Below, piece by piece: positions 49,205-57,733 of a stretch of 64,000 nucleotides of DNA (position 1 is the stretch's first letter; each line of letters begins with the position of its first letter). The DNA is taken from NCBI GenBank assembly GCA_003577105.1, contig QEUQ01000006.1, positions 14,286-78,285 of the forward strand, in the 5' to 3' direction. Below the pieces are notes generated by a model. The model saw nothing but the letters and a program-made list of their open reading frames with translations, did not search any database and was not told the origin of the DNA. The translations under genes were made by a program, and so were the position numbers. The stretch is from Acidobacteriota bacterium (GTDB lineage: Bacteria > Actinomycetota > Acidimicrobiia > ATN3).

Positions 49205-50509
49205 GTGGCTGTTCAGCGCGTAGCCGTCATTAGCATGCATACCTGCCCTCTGGAGCAACCGGGCACCGGCGACTCCGGCGGACTCAACGTCTACGTGATG
49301 TCACTTGCAAACGCGCTCGCTAGGCGTGGCATTCAAAGCGACATCTTCACGCGCAAGGCGAGCTCGCTCAATTCGCCGGTAGTCATGGCGGCACCGGGCG
49401 TCAGGATTTTCCATGTCGAGGCGGGCGAGGCCGATGTCGTCGAGAAAGACCGCCTTCCGCTGCTAAGTCCCGCGTTCATCGCCGGTGTGGGAGAGGCGCT
49501 CGAGGCTCGCTCAGTCAGTTACGACGCCGTGCATTCTCATTACTGGATGAGTGCCCGGGCCGGCAAGGCCCTTGCCGGCAGGCTCGGTGTGCCCCATGTG
49601 ATGACGTTTCATTCACTTGGGCAAGCCAAGAACAGCACACTTGCTACGGGAGATCTCCCCGAGCCGAGACATCGCCTGTTAGGAGAGAGACGGGCAGTGG
49701 ATGCGGCCGATCACATCGTCGCCTCCACTGAGGCCGAAGCCTCAATGCTCATGAACCATTACGGAGCGTGCAGTCGCCGGATAAGCGTCATCGCACCCGG
49801 AGTAGACACCGCCATCTTCACCCCCCAGGCGCGCGGCGCCGCAGACAGCCGCCTGGGCGTGCGCAATCGCGACGGGGATTTCACATTGGTGATTGCCGGG
49901 CGCATCCAGCCGCTAAAGGGAATCGACATAGGCATCAGCGCGCTCGCTGAATTGCAGAAGGATCCACACCTTGCGGGACGGGTCAAGTTGGCTGTAGTTG
50001 GAGGGCCGAGTGGACCAAACGGCGAGGCAGAACTCGAAAGCCTGCGACAGCTGACTATCAGGTCGGGCCTGGCTGAGCTTGTCGATTTCAAAGAGCCCGT
50101 TCCCCAGCGGGATCTCGCGCACCACTACCGAAGTGCCGACTTGGTCGTCGTCCCGTCCCGCTCCGAATCGTTCGGGCTGGTTGCGCTGGAGGCGCAGGCA
50201 TCAGGGACGCCCGTGATCGCTTCCAGTGCCGGCGGCCTGCCGGAGGTGATCCGCGCCGGGCACACCGGCACGATCGTGGAATCGCTCGCGCCGCAGGCAT
50301 TTGCCCAGGCGATCGGGGAGCTGCTCCTCGACGACGAGAAGCGCGCCGAGTTCGGAAGGAACGCCGCCAGGCACGCGGCCGAATTCACCTGGGGCGCAAC
50401 TGCAGAGAAGGTCCTAGGTCTTTACGAGGCCCGCGAAGCAGCGGAAGCCGCTGAATCCTGCAAGGTGGAAGAGATCGCGGAGTCAGGTACTACTGCGAGG
50501 CGGATGTGA
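49205..50509 (+). CDS. mshA: D-inositol-3-phosphate glycosyltransferase (mycothiol synthesis, GT4)
   Basis: ISMHTCPLEQPGTGDSGGLNVYV, HSHYW, GRIQPLKG, SESFGLVALEAQASGTPV; followed by a YbjN-domain gene as in other actinomycetes. Confidence 0.85.
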   Translation: MAVQRVAVISMHTCPLEQPGTGDSGGLNVYVMSLANALARRGIQSDIFTRKASSLNSPVVMAAPGVRIFHVEAGEADVVEKDRLPLLSPAFIAGVGEALEARSVSYDAVHSHYWMSARAGKALAGRLGVPHVMTFHSLGQAKNSTLATGDLPEPRHRLLGERRAVDAADHIVASTEAEASMLMNHYGACSRRISVIAPGVDTAIFTPQARGAADSRLGVRNRDGDFTLVIAGRIQPLKGIDIGISALAELQKDPHLAGRVKLAVVGGPSGPNGEAELESLRQLTIRSGLAELVDFKEPVPQRDLAHHYRSADLVVVPSRSESFGLVALEAQASGTPVIASSAGGLPEVIRAGHTGTIVESLAPQAFAQAIGELLLDDEKRAEFGRNAARHAAEFTWGATAEKVLGLYEAREAAEAAESCKVEEIAESGTTARRM

Positions 50510-51042
50510 TTCGGGGCTCTCGAACAATCGTCAGACCAGTTGAAGACAGAGATTTCCCGTTGTTTCATGAGTGGATGAACGACCCTGACATCTCGTGGTG
50601 GATGGACTACGAGGGGCCATTCACACTTGATGAGATTGAGCGGGACATAGAGAAGGCGCACGAAGAAGGGCTGCCCTTCACGATCGAGTTCGAGAGCAAG
50701 CCGATAGGGCGAATCGGCCTCAACCGTTTCAGGCAGCAGTCGCGCGTCGCATCGACATATCTCTTTATCGGCGATCCGGCGGCGCGTGGCCGAGGTCTTG
50801 CGACGGATGCAATGACGGCACTACTCGAATTCGCCTTCAACGACCGGAGGGTCAGAATGATCGACCTTATGGTCCTCGCCGAGAACGATGCCGCCATCAG
50901 AACCTACAAGGCGTGCGGATTTCGAGAAGATGGCCGCCTGCGCGAACGCTCCTGGAAGGGCGACCACTGGATGGATCATCTCTGGATGAGCATCACCGCT
51001 GAAGAATTCAGCGCGCTGAAAGACCCGAGCAGTGGTAGCTAG
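50506..51042 (+). CDS. GNAT N-acetyltransferase (RimJ/RimL-like)
   Basis: RGRGLATDA, NDAAIRTYKACGFREDG. Confidence 0.9.
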   Translation: MIRGSRTIVRPVEDRDFPLFHEWMNDPDISWWMDYEGPFTLDEIERDIEKAHEEGLPFTIEFESKPIGRIGLNRFRQQSRVASTYLFIGDPAARGRGLATDAMTALLEFAFNDRRVRMIDLMVLAENDAAIRTYKACGFREDGRLRERSWKGDHWMDHLWMSITAEEFSALKDPSSGS

Positions 51043-51526
51043 GCTGACCCCCGAGCAATCACGTGTCCTAGCTGTGCTAGAGGGATATCTTCGGGAGCAG
51101 TACGAGGAATTGGACTCGGTCGTAGCAGTCGAGCCGGACGGCGCCAACCGATGGATGATCCGGCTGACCGGACAGACGAAGGATTTCACAACAATCTGGT
51201 TCACTGTGGGAGACCGGACGCTCCAGTACGAGTCGTACTTCATGCCGGATCCCGAAGAAAACCACGAGGAGCTGTACCGGTACTTGCTCTTCAAGAACGC
51301 CAACATGTACTCATCACGCTTCAGCCTTGCCGACGACCACGACATATTCATTACCGGTCAACTCCCGCTCGCGGCAGTTGACGCAGATGAGATCGATCGC
51401 GTTGTCGGTACAATTTATGCAAATGTGGAGTCGTACTTTGGTCGCGCGATTCGCATTGGTTACGCGTCACGATTTGCCTCTAACGAGCAGGAAGATGAGG
51501 CCGGGCCGATTCCCGGCTCGCTCTAG
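51032..51526 (+). CDS. YbjN domain-containing protein
   Basis: MPDPEENHEELYRYLLFKN, GQLP, IDRVVG; mshA-linked. Confidence 0.8.
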   Translation: MVARLTPEQSRVLAVLEGYLREQYEELDSVVAVEPDGANRWMIRLTGQTKDFTTIWFTVGDRTLQYESYFMPDPEENHEELYRYLLFKNANMYSSRFSLADDHDIFITGQLPLAAVDADEIDRVVGTIYANVESYFGRAIRIGYASRFASNEQEDEAGPIPGSL

Positions 51527-51607
51527 CGAGACTTCTAACCCCGCCGTCTAATGCAACGTGTTGCGTGTGATTACGTTGCTTTATCGCAAATTGGCTGAAA
51601 TTGGCCC

Positions 51608-51637
51608 TTGACAGTTATCTCGGAGCGGGGCTAATTT
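51608..51637 (+). promoter_or_regulatory. Strong sigmaA-like promoter with no downstream plus-strand CDS
   Basis: TTGACA-N18-TAATTT. Confidence 0.6.
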
Positions 51638-51643
51638 CGGGGC

Positions 51644-51772
51644 GAGAGCGGACGTTCATCCATTCACTATTGAAGTGTCCGGTCCGAGAGGCCCAAGAAG
51701 CTAAGGCCCTACTACGGCGTTTGGGGAAGTGCGTCGGAACGGTAACCGAGGTTTCTTGGGCCTCTTGGGCTT
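51644..51772 (+). ncRNA. Candidate structured small RNA (family not recognised)
   Basis: Hairpin 51649-51681, then a 21-bp stem 51682-51702/51750-51770 (17 WC + 4 G-U pairs) enclosing two small hairpins; directly after the promoter. Confidence 0.55.
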
Positions 51773-52368
51773 CCGTGGGCCGCCGCCACGATGAGCATGA
51801 GCGAGAAGCCGACGAGTACCGGAAGGTGAACCATCTCGGCAACCAGGGACGTGCTCCCCATGACCAGATCCCGCACAGTTCCAGCGAGAGTTAGGGCAGA
51901 AATCACAGCCATGAACGCCATGCGCCCTCGTGTCCGCCCGTCCCAGGCCGTCATAGCAAAGACAACTGCCACAGCAAGTTCGAAAGCCGCCAACTCGGCT
52001 CCCGAGTGAGGACCTGTCTGCACTCCAAACAAGCCACCCGATCCGGCGAGGTGCATGAACGCAAGGCCGGCGTTGAGTACCGCCACAATCATCAGACTCA
52101 GACGCGTCGTCAGCGGTATGTCTCCTTGCTGACGTGCAGAATCCCACTCGGCCATGATCCGGGGAGTGAGGTCCGGAATCTCTCTGGCGAGCCCGATCCT
52201 TATGCTCCGATCGATGCGCTCAGAGGCGTCTATCCAGCTCGCGCAGCTGCTGCATTCGCCGGCATGTGCAAGCGCGATCGCGACATCTCCCGCTGGGGTT
52301 CCGTCGGTGGGCAGACCTCCGTCGCGAGCGGAGGTGACAATCTCGCGAACCTTGTTGCAGTCCATCAT
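51712..52368 (-). CDS. Zinc-binding (zf-HC2) membrane anti-sigma factor
   Basis: DCNKVRE...SARDG...HAGECSSC (HxxxCxxC), then ~4 TM helices; ATGA overlap with the sigma gene. Confidence 0.85.
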   Translation of the reverse strand: MMDCNKVREIVTSARDGGLPTDGTPAGDVAIALAHAGECSSCASWIDASERIDRSIRIGLAREIPDLTPRIMAEWDSARQQGDIPLTTRLSLMIVAVLNAGLAFMHLAGSGGLFGVQTGPHSGAELAAFELAVAVVFAMTAWDGRTRGRMAFMAVISALTLAGTVRDLVMGSTSLVAEMVHLPVLVGFSLMLIVAAAHGSPRGPRNLGYRSDALPQTP

Positions 52369-52949
52369 GTCGCCTCCTCTGCTTCCCGGGCAGGCAAGAC
52401 CTCGCGATAGGCATCGACGAGGAGTTCCCGAGCCCTGAAAACCCTCGACTTCACCGTGCCCGTCTTGACGCCAAGCGCTGTAGCAGCCTCTTCATAAGGG
52501 AGGCCGACAACCTGGGTCAGCACTATCGCGTCGCGCATCTCCGCGGGGAGATCGTTGAGCAAGACTCCAATCTCCACCGAGGCCGACGGAAACTCCTCAG
52601 CCTCCGCGACCACTTGGTCGTCATCTGCCTTCAGAGGCGGGCGCTTACGCAAGGCCTCCAGCACGTCTGCAATCACACGGCGCTCGATTGCAATCAACCA
52701 TGTGGTGACGGCTGAGTCCCCCCTGAAGCGCTTGATCGACCTGACAGCACGGGCCCACGTCTCTTGGGCGATCTCGTCAGCGAGTTCCTGGTCATGCACC
52801 ACGCTCAGGGCGTAACGCCACACGGCCGGCTGGCATTCGCGGGCAAGGCGCTCAAAAGCTCGCCGGTCACCCTTTCGGGCGGCCTGCGCCAAGATCTCAA
52901 CGGATTCCATAGTGTCTGGTTTGTCGCCTGGCGCTGGCATTGGGTTCAT
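52365..52949 (-). CDS. ECF RNA polymerase sigma factor (SigC-like)
   Basis: AQETW, FRGDSAVTTWL, LTQVVGLPYEEAA..GVKTGTVKSRVFRAR. Confidence 0.9.
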   Translation of the reverse strand: MNPMPAPGDKPDTMESVEILAQAARKGDRRAFERLARECQPAVWRYALSVVHDQELADEIAQETWARAVRSIKRFRGDSAVTTWLIAIERRVIADVLEALRKRPPLKADDDQVVAEAEEFPSASVEIGVLLNDLPAEMRDAIVLTQVVGLPYEEAATALGVKTGTVKSRVFRARELLVDAYREVLPAREAEEAT

Positions 52950-53010
52950 TTCCGACTACTACCGGTCTTGCAGGGTCAAGGTGCCAAAGCTCCGCAATAC
53001 AATCTCGCAC

Positions 53011-53526
53011 ATGTCTAACGGCACCGATGACACAGAACCACCTATTGCCGGCCAATTACGATCCGCGGGCTTGCGGGCCACCCGTGCCCGAATTGCAATC
53101 GGCGAAGCGCTTACCGAAGCTGACGCCCCGATGGGATTGGCAGATCTCGCGACCCTGCTCGAACATCAACAGCTGCCGCGCAGCACCGTATTCCGGGCGG
53201 TCAGCGAGCTGACGACGGCTGGCATCTTGAACCGTTACGAGTTCGAGGAGGGGTTCGCGCGATATGAGATCGCCAACGGCGCTCGCGGCCACCATCACCA
53301 TTTCATTTGCAGGGAATGCCGGGGGGTTCTCGACCTGGATGGCCTCGGAGAGCTCGAGAGGCACATGGGGCGTGCCGAAGCGTCAATCGAGACAACCCAC
53401 GGCCATGTAGTCGAAGGGCACAGGTTGGATCTTTTCGGGTTGTGTTCGCGGTGCGCGTCCGATGCGAAAAAGGCTCAAGATCGCAACGCAGGCAGGAACT
53501 CGGACAAGCGAGGCAATCGGCAATGA
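53011..53526 (+). CDS. Fur-family metalloregulator
   Basis: GLRATRAR, STVFRAV, HHHHFICRECR, GLCSRC; ATG 53011 lies 7 nt after TACAAT. Confidence 0.92.
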   Translation: MSNGTDDTEPPIAGQLRSAGLRATRARIAIGEALTEADAPMGLADLATLLEHQQLPRSTVFRAVSELTTAGILNRYEFEEGFARYEIANGARGHHHHFICRECRGVLDLDGLGELERHMGRAEASIETTHGHVVEGHRLDLFGLCSRCASDAKKAQDRNAGRNSDKRGNRQ

Positions 53527-53996
53527 GCGCCCCCGAGGTCAAACTTCGCCAGGTTCGTCCGTCGGATTTCAAGTGGCTGATCAAGACTGCACTCAAGCGC
53601 GAATTCGCCGGCGTTCAGTACTCGTGGATCGAGTGGCCTCTCCAGCCAATTGCTGCACCGGTTCGGGCCGCGGCAGGCCCCTTTGTACCCGCATGCGTGA
53701 TCATCGTTGACGGTGAGTTGGCCGGTTATATCGGCAGATCGCCGCTCTCGGGCAATCTCGAGTACTTCCTCTTGAACTGGGCCCAGGGGCGAGGCGTCGG
53801 GCGCAAAGCAATCTCCGAATTCCTAGCTCATCACCGCGCCGGAGACAAGGCGCGTAAGTTCGTCATCCGAAAGAAGAACAAGCGGTCGCTACGTGTCCTC
53901 CAAGGGGCTCTTGACGAACTCGGATGGAGCGAGAAGTCCGACTACAAGATTGTTGAAAAGCCCCTCCGCACGGTGGTTGAAGTCGGACCCGGTTGA
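53523..53996 (+). CDS. GNAT-like hypothetical protein
   Basis: ATGA overlap with fur; AQGRGVG, NKRSLRV. Confidence 0.7.
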   Translation: MSAPEVKLRQVRPSDFKWLIKTALKREFAGVQYSWIEWPLQPIAAPVRAAAGPFVPACVIIVDGELAGYIGRSPLSGNLEYFLLNWAQGRGVGRKAISEFLAHHRAGDKARKFVIRKKNKRSLRVLQGALDELGWSEKSDYKIVEKPLRTVVEVGPG

Positions 53997-54002
53997 GCCG
54001 TA

Positions 54003-55106
54003 TCAGTTGATTCTCAGCTGTGTGACGTAGATGTTTGTGGCCGAGAGCTGACCGTCGATCCAGACGCGGTCTCTCTCCTCGAGCGGAGATGAGTAGTTGT
54101 ATACGAGCCACTCTCCCGTACCAACTTCGACTATTCCGGCAAAGGCCGTATCACCGCGGGAGGGAAGATCAGCGAGCCATTCGATTGTGAGCGTCTCGGG
54201 ATCCACTTCCCATAGAGCTGTGCGCTTCGGCGTAACCCAGTAGGCGGCCTGAAACAGACGCGTCCGAAGTACCTGTGGGAGCGACCGGAGTCCGAGATCG
54301 TAGTTGCCGCTGAGACCCGCCTGCCTGCGAGCAATCACGAAATAGCGACCCGCATGGGCGAACATGAGCGGAGAGTCAAGTTTGCGGCGATCACTCTCGA
54401 AGCGCCAGCGAGTCCAGTCATGAGCATCGGACCGACAGACATCGGTACCCCATCCCCCGTGGGGCCCCTCTTTGCGAGTCACCGCGAGCAAGCCGCCGTC
54501 GTTCAAGAGCGCGTAGTCGGTCTCGGTCCCTCCGGTATGAACGGCCCGCCTCTCGCCTTGGATGGGTGCCCAATGAAACCCGTCACTGCTCTCCCAGATC
54601 TCCACCTCCGTCGGCCTGGGGTGATTCGTGTAGATGGTCTCGCCACCTGAATAGACCGACATGAGGGCGCGCCCTGCGATCACTCTCGGCCGCCAAACGA
54701 CATATCCGGGCTCGGAAATCGCAACCGGCTCGCTCCAGCCATCACTACCTCGGCGAGTCGCGAAGATCCTCCCGGGTTCAAACTTGACCGGACTCGTACC
54801 GGCCTCAAACCAGTAGAGGAACAGCTGCTCATCCCAGAGCAGAAAGCGCGGCTCGCGAAGATCCCGATCTGGCGAGATGACCTTTTCAAATTCCCAGGTC
54901 TCGCCCATGTCCGGACTTGAGATGATGTTCACCAAACTCTCTGAACCCGCAAAGTGGTTGGGCGAAGTCCTCCAGGCCAGCCAGAGGCGGCCATTGTGGA
55001 GCGCAACATCGAGATTGTTGTTGGATCGCATTACGCGACACTTCGATGGGATGCGCGGGCCAGGTACTAACTGCTTTGTGTCACCGATCTCTATTCCCAT
55101 TGCCAC
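54003..55106 (-). CDS. Beta-propeller (BNR/sialidase-like) protein of unknown function
   Basis: Asp-box-like SPDMGETW and SSDGFHW; DLREP; GDTAF. Confidence 0.7.
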   Translation of the reverse strand: MAMGIEIGDTKQLVPGPRIPSKCRVMRSNNNLDVALHNGRLWLAWRTSPNHFAGSESLVNIISSPDMGETWEFEKVISPDRDLREPRFLLWDEQLFLYWFEAGTSPVKFEPGRIFATRRGSDGWSEPVAISEPGYVVWRPRVIAGRALMSVYSGGETIYTNHPRPTEVEIWESSDGFHWAPIQGERRAVHTGGTETDYALLNDGGLLAVTRKEGPHGGWGTDVCRSDAHDWTRWRFESDRRKLDSPLMFAHAGRYFVIARRQAGLSGNYDLGLRSLPQVLRTRLFQAAYWVTPKRTALWEVDPETLTIEWLADLPSRGDTAFAGIVEVGTGEWLVYNYSSPLEERDRVWIDGQLSATNIYVTQLRIN

Positions 55107-55128
55107 CTCGACCTCACTCCTGTCGCCA

Positions 55129-55944
55129 TCACTGTGCGGAGTGGCGGCGGCCCCCTACCCTTGACCAGATCGGAATCGCGACAACCATCGCCAAATAGAG
55201 CACGATCGCCAGAAGCACAATCGTCGCCCCAGGCGGCCAATCGAGGCGAATTGCCAGCCACACGCCTGCGATCCCACCAGACGCTCCGAAGGCCGACCCT
55301 AGGAGTAACGAGGCCTTGAAGCTCCTTGCAACGCGCTGGGCGGCAGCTGCTGGGATCACGAGAAGCGCCGCTATCAGCAGAACGCCAACGGCGCGTATCC
55401 CGGCTACGACCACCGATGCTGCCAATGCCGTGAGCAGCGTTGCTGTGGGGCCCACCGGTACTCCCGCAACCGCTGCGGCCTTTTCATCTAGGACCATCAA
55501 GAAGAAGGTCCGATATCCAGCGAGCGTCACCAAGGCAGCACCCCCGAGCACCGCCGCGATCAACAAGAGGTCAGAGGCGGTGATTGTCAAGAGCGATCCG
55601 AAGAGCAACGTCAGGGCAGATGAGGCATACGACTGCGTGGCCGAGAGCATCACGACGCCCGCTGCGATTCCCGCGTAGTAAATGACCGAAAGCGCAACGT
55701 CTGCTCTGGCGCGCGCAAACCTCTGGAGCCACTCGAGCAGTACAGCGCCGGCGACTGTGATACCAAGTGTCAGAGGCAGCGGCGAGACCGAGAGGAGAGC
55801 CGCGCCGGCCGCTCCTGCAAATGCGAGGTGCCCCAGGCCGTCACCAATCAAGGCCTGACGGCGCTGAACAATGAATGCGCCAACGACGGGCGCAAGCCCA
55901 CCGACCAAGATCGCCCCGCCGTAGGCGCGCGCGATATAGCTCAC
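55129..55944 (-). CDS. znuB: Zn/Mn-type metal ABC transporter permease
   Basis: GDGLGHLAFAG, LLFGS, VGVLLIAALLVIPAA, PPGATIV. Confidence 0.9.
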   Translation of the reverse strand: MSYIARAYGGAILVGGLAPVVGAFIVQRRQALIGDGLGHLAFAGAAGAALLSVSPLPLTLGITVAGAVLLEWLQRFARARADVALSVIYYAGIAAGVVMLSATQSYASSALTLLFGSLLTITASDLLLIAAVLGGAALVTLAGYRTFFLMVLDEKAAAVAGVPVGPTATLLTALAASVVVAGIRAVGVLLIAALLVIPAAAAQRVARSFKASLLLGSAFGASGGIAGVWLAIRLDWPPGATIVLLAIVLYLAMVVAIPIWSRVGGRRHSAQ

Positions 55945-56741
55945 GGTTCTTCCCGCTTCGCCGGCAGGTCGTCACGTGCTGAGTAGAGGGCCTCGCTCTC
56001 ATCCCAGAGAGACAAGTGCTCAGAACCGAGTCCGTGATGATGGTGAGAGTCTTCTTCATGGCGCGGCGGAGGGCCATCAAACTTGATTGCCCCTGCAAGA
56101 ACAATCAAACGGTTCACAAGGTCGGCCAGCGGGCCGTACTCGTGGGCTATGAGTACGACGGTCTTGTCGTGTTCTGAGCAAAGGCCAGCGAGTACGTCTT
56201 TGAAGTGAATCCGCGCACGGAGATCAACGCCCGTCATGGGCTCGTCAAGGAATATCAGGTCCGGTTCGGAGGCGAGAGCCCTCGCGAGATGCACCCTCTG
56301 CTGCTGCCCACCGGAAAGCTCCCCGACTCGCTCCTTCACGAGATCAGAAATCCCGGTCATTTCCATTGCGTTACTCACCGCCTTCTTATCTGGCGTGCCC
56401 GGGAATCTCAGCGGACCAAGCCTCGCCCAGCGCCCCGCACTGACGACTTCGGCAACAGTCGCGGGAAAATCGACAGCCGAGTAGGGCCGCTGGGGCACAT
56501 AGCCCACACGCCAGCGCTGACGCAGGCGCCGGGGAGGAACTCCGAGAAGCTCTATTGAACCCCCTGAGGGCCTGAGGAGGCCCAGCATCAACTCGAAGAG
56601 CGTGGACTTGCCGCCGCCGTTCGGACCTGTGATCGCTACGAATTCGCCCGTCGCAATTTCCAAGCTGACGCCGTCGAGAACAGGCTCGCCTCCGTAGGAA
56701 AACGACACTTGGTCGCAGCTGACAACGGGTCTGTCACTCAC
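55941..56741 (-). CDS. znuC: Metal ABC transporter ATP-binding protein
   Basis: GPNGGGKS, LSGGQQQR, LDEP; His-rich tail. Confidence 0.9.
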   Translation of the reverse strand: MSDRPVVSCDQVSFSYGGEPVLDGVSLEIATGEFVAITGPNGGGKSTLFELMLGLLRPSGGSIELLGVPPRRLRQRWRVGYVPQRPYSAVDFPATVAEVVSAGRWARLGPLRFPGTPDKKAVSNAMEMTGISDLVKERVGELSGGQQQRVHLARALASEPDLIFLDEPMTGVDLRARIHFKDVLAGLCSEHDKTVVLIAHEYGPLADLVNRLIVLAGAIKFDGPPPRHEEDSHHHHGLGSEHLSLWDESEALYSARDDLPAKREEP

Positions 56742-57642
56742 ACTCCAGCGCCCTCCTCAGGGAGTCGAGATTTCCTCGCATCGCCGCCAGATAGTCCTTG
56801 CCTTGCTGCTGAATCTCGATCGGGTCAAGCTGGGCTGTACTCCCGCCTACCTCGCGCGCAAGGATCTCCGCGGCCGCTGTATCTCCACCGGGCTCGACAA
56901 AGATCGTTGACGCGCCTGTTTCCCTGGCTACCCGTCGCGCGATCTCGAGACTGGCAGGTGTCGGCTCCGCGTGGGGTGAAAGCCCGCTGAGCGAGACCTG
57001 CGTCAACTCATAGCGGTCCGTGAGATAGCCAAAGGCCGCGTGAGAAACAATTATCGTTCGCCGCTTGCACGTCTTCAGGCCGGCTTTGAACTCCGAGTCG
57101 ATCCGACTCAGCTCGCCCTTGAACTGCTCCAAATTGCGCGAGTAGGTACCGCGGGCGTCGGGGTCGAGGCGAATGAGCCGTTCAGCGATCCCCTCACCTG
57201 CTTCGGCCATCAACATCGGATCAAGCCAGAAGTGTGGATCCCTCCCCCCTTGGGCGTCGCCGCCAATAATGGGAGTCAGTCCCGCAAGAGCATCGTAGGT
57301 CTCACGACTTCCGATCGGGAGTCCGGCGACAGCCTTTTCGATTGACGGCTGAAAGCCGCCGCCGACCATCACGACGAGCTCCGCTGCCTGCAGCGCTCCG
57401 ATATCGCGCGGGGTCAGCTCGATGTCGTGCGGCTCCGTACCCGGCGGTGTCAGATCCTTTACGACTACCTGCGCCTTGCCAACTTCGTCAGCTGCGTATG
57501 CAAGTGGATAAGCGGACGCGACAACCGAAACGGTCGAGCTGCCAGCGCGCGTCGAGTCATAAGCTGCCGGAGTCTGGGGCTCAGAGCAGCCCGCAATGAA
57601 TACGAATAGGAGACTGCAAGCGGCCAAGACGCGAATTCGCAC
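56734..57642 (-). CDS. znuA: Cluster A-I metal ABC substrate-binding lipoprotein
   Basis: IAGC lipobox, EPH, DPHFW, SHAAFGY, LDPIE. Confidence 0.9.
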   Translation of the reverse strand: MRIRVLAACSLLFVFIAGCSEPQTPAAYDSTRAGSSTVSVVASAYPLAYAADEVGKAQVVVKDLTPPGTEPHDIELTPRDIGALQAAELVVMVGGGFQPSIEKAVAGLPIGSRETYDALAGLTPIIGGDAQGGRDPHFWLDPMLMAEAGEGIAERLIRLDPDARGTYSRNLEQFKGELSRIDSEFKAGLKTCKRRTIIVSHAAFGYLTDRYELTQVSLSGLSPHAEPTPASLEIARRVARETGASTIFVEPGGDTAAAEILAREVGGSTAQLDPIEIQQQGKDYLAAMRGNLDSLRRALECE

Positions 57643-57733
57643 TCGCGAGATCCTTTCGCGAAAGGTCGCGGTAGTTCGGTATTTCGTCAGTTAACTTAGA
57701 CTCAGTCCCAATACGAGTCAAGTGGTCATACTG

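Noticed and set aside
51549-51583. Terminator after the ybjN-like gene (GCAACGT/ACGTTGC)
   Set aside because: Stem is short and imperfect with a long loop; not enough support to list
51680-51770. tRNA or SRP RNA (GGTCCGAGAGG resembles a D-loop or SRP helix 8)
   Set aside because: No T-arm GTTCRA or cloverleaf, and no SRP GGAAGCAG internal-loop sequence
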